From a virus (taxonomy: Duplodnaviria > Caudoviricetes), in IMG/VR virus record IMGVR_UViG_3300032214_001472, positions 1 through 58,546 of that record: a DNA stretch of 58,546 nucleotides, one strand, 5' to 3'. The translations under genes and the position numbers were made by a program. Shown in pieces: positions 57,429-58,546 of the stretch; within the stretch, counting starts at the first letter, position 1; each line of letters opens with the position of its first letter. Under the pieces are notes generated by a model, which saw nothing but the letters and a program-made list of their open reading frames with translations, searched no databases and was not told the origin of the DNA.

Positions 57429-57591
57429 AACTTATGAAGACAAATGGAACAGGGGACTCACTCTGTTTGAGGAAAGTGTTCTAAAACCTGATGTTGAGTT
57501 GAGGCAATGTGCTCACAATCAACAGTGCTATAATGAACTTATGCAAATTCGTGAGCAAATTGTTGAACACTTAAAGACTTTAAGAAAATGA
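57418..57591 (+). CDS. Hypothetical protein (57 aa, not in track)
   Basis: MQSETYEDKWNRGL.LF.ESVLKPD.ELRQCAHNQ.CYNELM. Confidence 0.6.
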   Translation: MQSETYEDKWNRGLTLFEESVLKPDVELRQCAHNQQCYNELMQIREQIVEHLKTLRK

Positions 57592-57833
57592 ATCCTTATT
57601 ATATTTGGTTTGTCATTTTCTTTTGTATTGGATACTTAATCGTAACAGATAGTTCCATTGCAAAGTTATTTGTTCTAGTCACCAAGCTTGCAGAAGTAGA
57701 GTATCGCAAAGTTAAATGGTGGGTGATGCACAATCCAAAAAATCCAATTGTTCGTTATTTAATGTGGAGAAAATCTTTACAATTGGCAAAAGAACTTCAA
57801 GAGGAATTTGCCAAGAAACAAGAAAAGATCTAA
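57588..57833 (+). CDS. Small membrane protein
   Basis: N-terminal hydrophobic segment; ATGA overlap. Confidence 0.65.
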   Translation: MNPYYIWFVIFFCIGYLIVTDSSIAKLFVLVTKLAEVEYRKVKWWVMHNPKNPIVRYLMWRKSLQLAKELQEEFAKKQEKI

Positions 57834-57861
57834 TATAGTATGTGTAGTTGAGGATTTTACT

Positions 57862-58089
57862 ATGTCCCGTACTTACAGAAAAACTGAAGGAATCCATCGT
57901 TATGCGTTGAGGTATCCACATACCTTCAGTGAGATTAAACAGTTAGATGGACTTCTACATGAAGAAGATTTGGAGGATCTTCCATTTTCAGGACTAAATC
58001 ATATCAAGGCAAGGGAGCGTAATTTGCCTACCAGTTGGGATGATAAAGTTGTAAGTGCATATTATCAAGAAGATTATTGCGCATCATAA
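57862..58089 (+). CDS. Hypothetical protein
   Basis: GAGGA SD, MSRTYRK...LPTSWDD. Confidence 0.65.
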   Translation: MSRTYRKTEGIHRYALRYPHTFSEIKQLDGLLHEEDLEDLPFSGLNHIKARERNLPTSWDDKVVSAYYQEDYCAS

Positions 58090-58094
58090 TCCAA

Positions 58095-58145
58095 TTTAAA
58101 AACTGTCCACTGCACCTTGACTTAATGGTTGAGGTGCTTTATAGT
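58095..58145 (+). promoter_or_regulatory. Early-promoter-like element (copy 2)
   Basis: TTTAAAAACTGTCCACT, then hairpin GCACCTTGA/TTGAGGTGC containing TTGACT, 17 nt, TATAGT. Confidence 0.7.
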
Positions 58146-58168
58146 ATTTGTGTTGAAACACTTTCACT

Positions 58169-58546
58169 ATGACTTACGAAGCAACTGTTCAATTCAAGTT
58201 TGATGGAACATTCACCCCTTCTTATAATTCATCGTTCCCTGATGATGACTTCATTCCTGAAGAGCATTACCTGATTACTGCACCTGCTGCTGATTTGAAC
58301 TGTAAACAGTATTTCAAACTGTTTGAAAAGTTCCTGCTGTGTGTGGGTATGTGTCCTGCAAGTATCCGCAGTAGTGCGATGTCTTTGGTGTTTAATGATA
58401 TGGTTCTTGAAGAAGAACAGCGTAAGGTTTGTAAGGAATACGAACTGACGATGGATGAAGACATTCACAGTAAGTTTCTTGATTGGAAGAAACACGAAGA
58501 GGAACTCGCAGAAAGGATTGCCAATTCCGTAATAGGTGCGATGGGA
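58169..58546 (+). CDS. Hypothetical protein (3'-truncated)
   Basis: Open from ATG 58169 to the window end. Confidence 0.65.
   Translation, partial: MTYEATVQFKFDGTFTPSYNSSFPDDDFIPEEHYLITAPAADLNCKQYFKLFEKFLLCVGMCPASIRSSAMSLVFNDMVLEEEQRKVCKEYELTMDEDIHSKFLDWKKHEEELAERIANSVIGAMG

Noticed and set aside
1-58546. Alternative genetic code, introns or inteins
   Set aside because: Core genes (thyX, phoH, gp32, gp59) are intact and of normal length under the standard code, and all three stop codons terminate genes.

Overview
AT-rich fragment of a T4-like myophage genome, most consistent with a cyanophage (Kyanoviridae-like). The evidence is CP12, phoH, speD, thyX, the gp33-gp59-DUF1825-gp32 order and TAAATA late promoters. 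From left to right: the end of a virion/fibre block (1-5045); a replication/metabolism block (5130-12779); a baseplate/tail morphogenesis block with gp53, gp48, gp2, gp4, gp54, gp26, gp51, two tape-measure-like genes, hub, CP12, gp5 and a PA14 protein (12780-31801); an accessory island with two tRNAs, two HNH endonucleases and a Mom-like DNA-modification gene (31853-34509); a large modular tail-fibre/adhesin array (34565-56187); and small early-type genes behind a repeated palindromic promoter motif. Best candidate for an undescribed system: a -1 programmed frameshift signal (internal SD plus T TTT TTC) that would fuse gp26 to gp51 directly upstream of the tape-measure-like genes, i.e. a lambda G/GT-style chaperone switch in a T4-like phage. 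Also notable: both HNH genes have a late promoter in the loop of a hairpin just before the start codon; a 20-codon uORF with an anti-SD pairing precedes gp48; and the fibre genes mix and match shared modules. All calls come from motif recognition and synteny by eye; no searches were run, so novelty is unverified.
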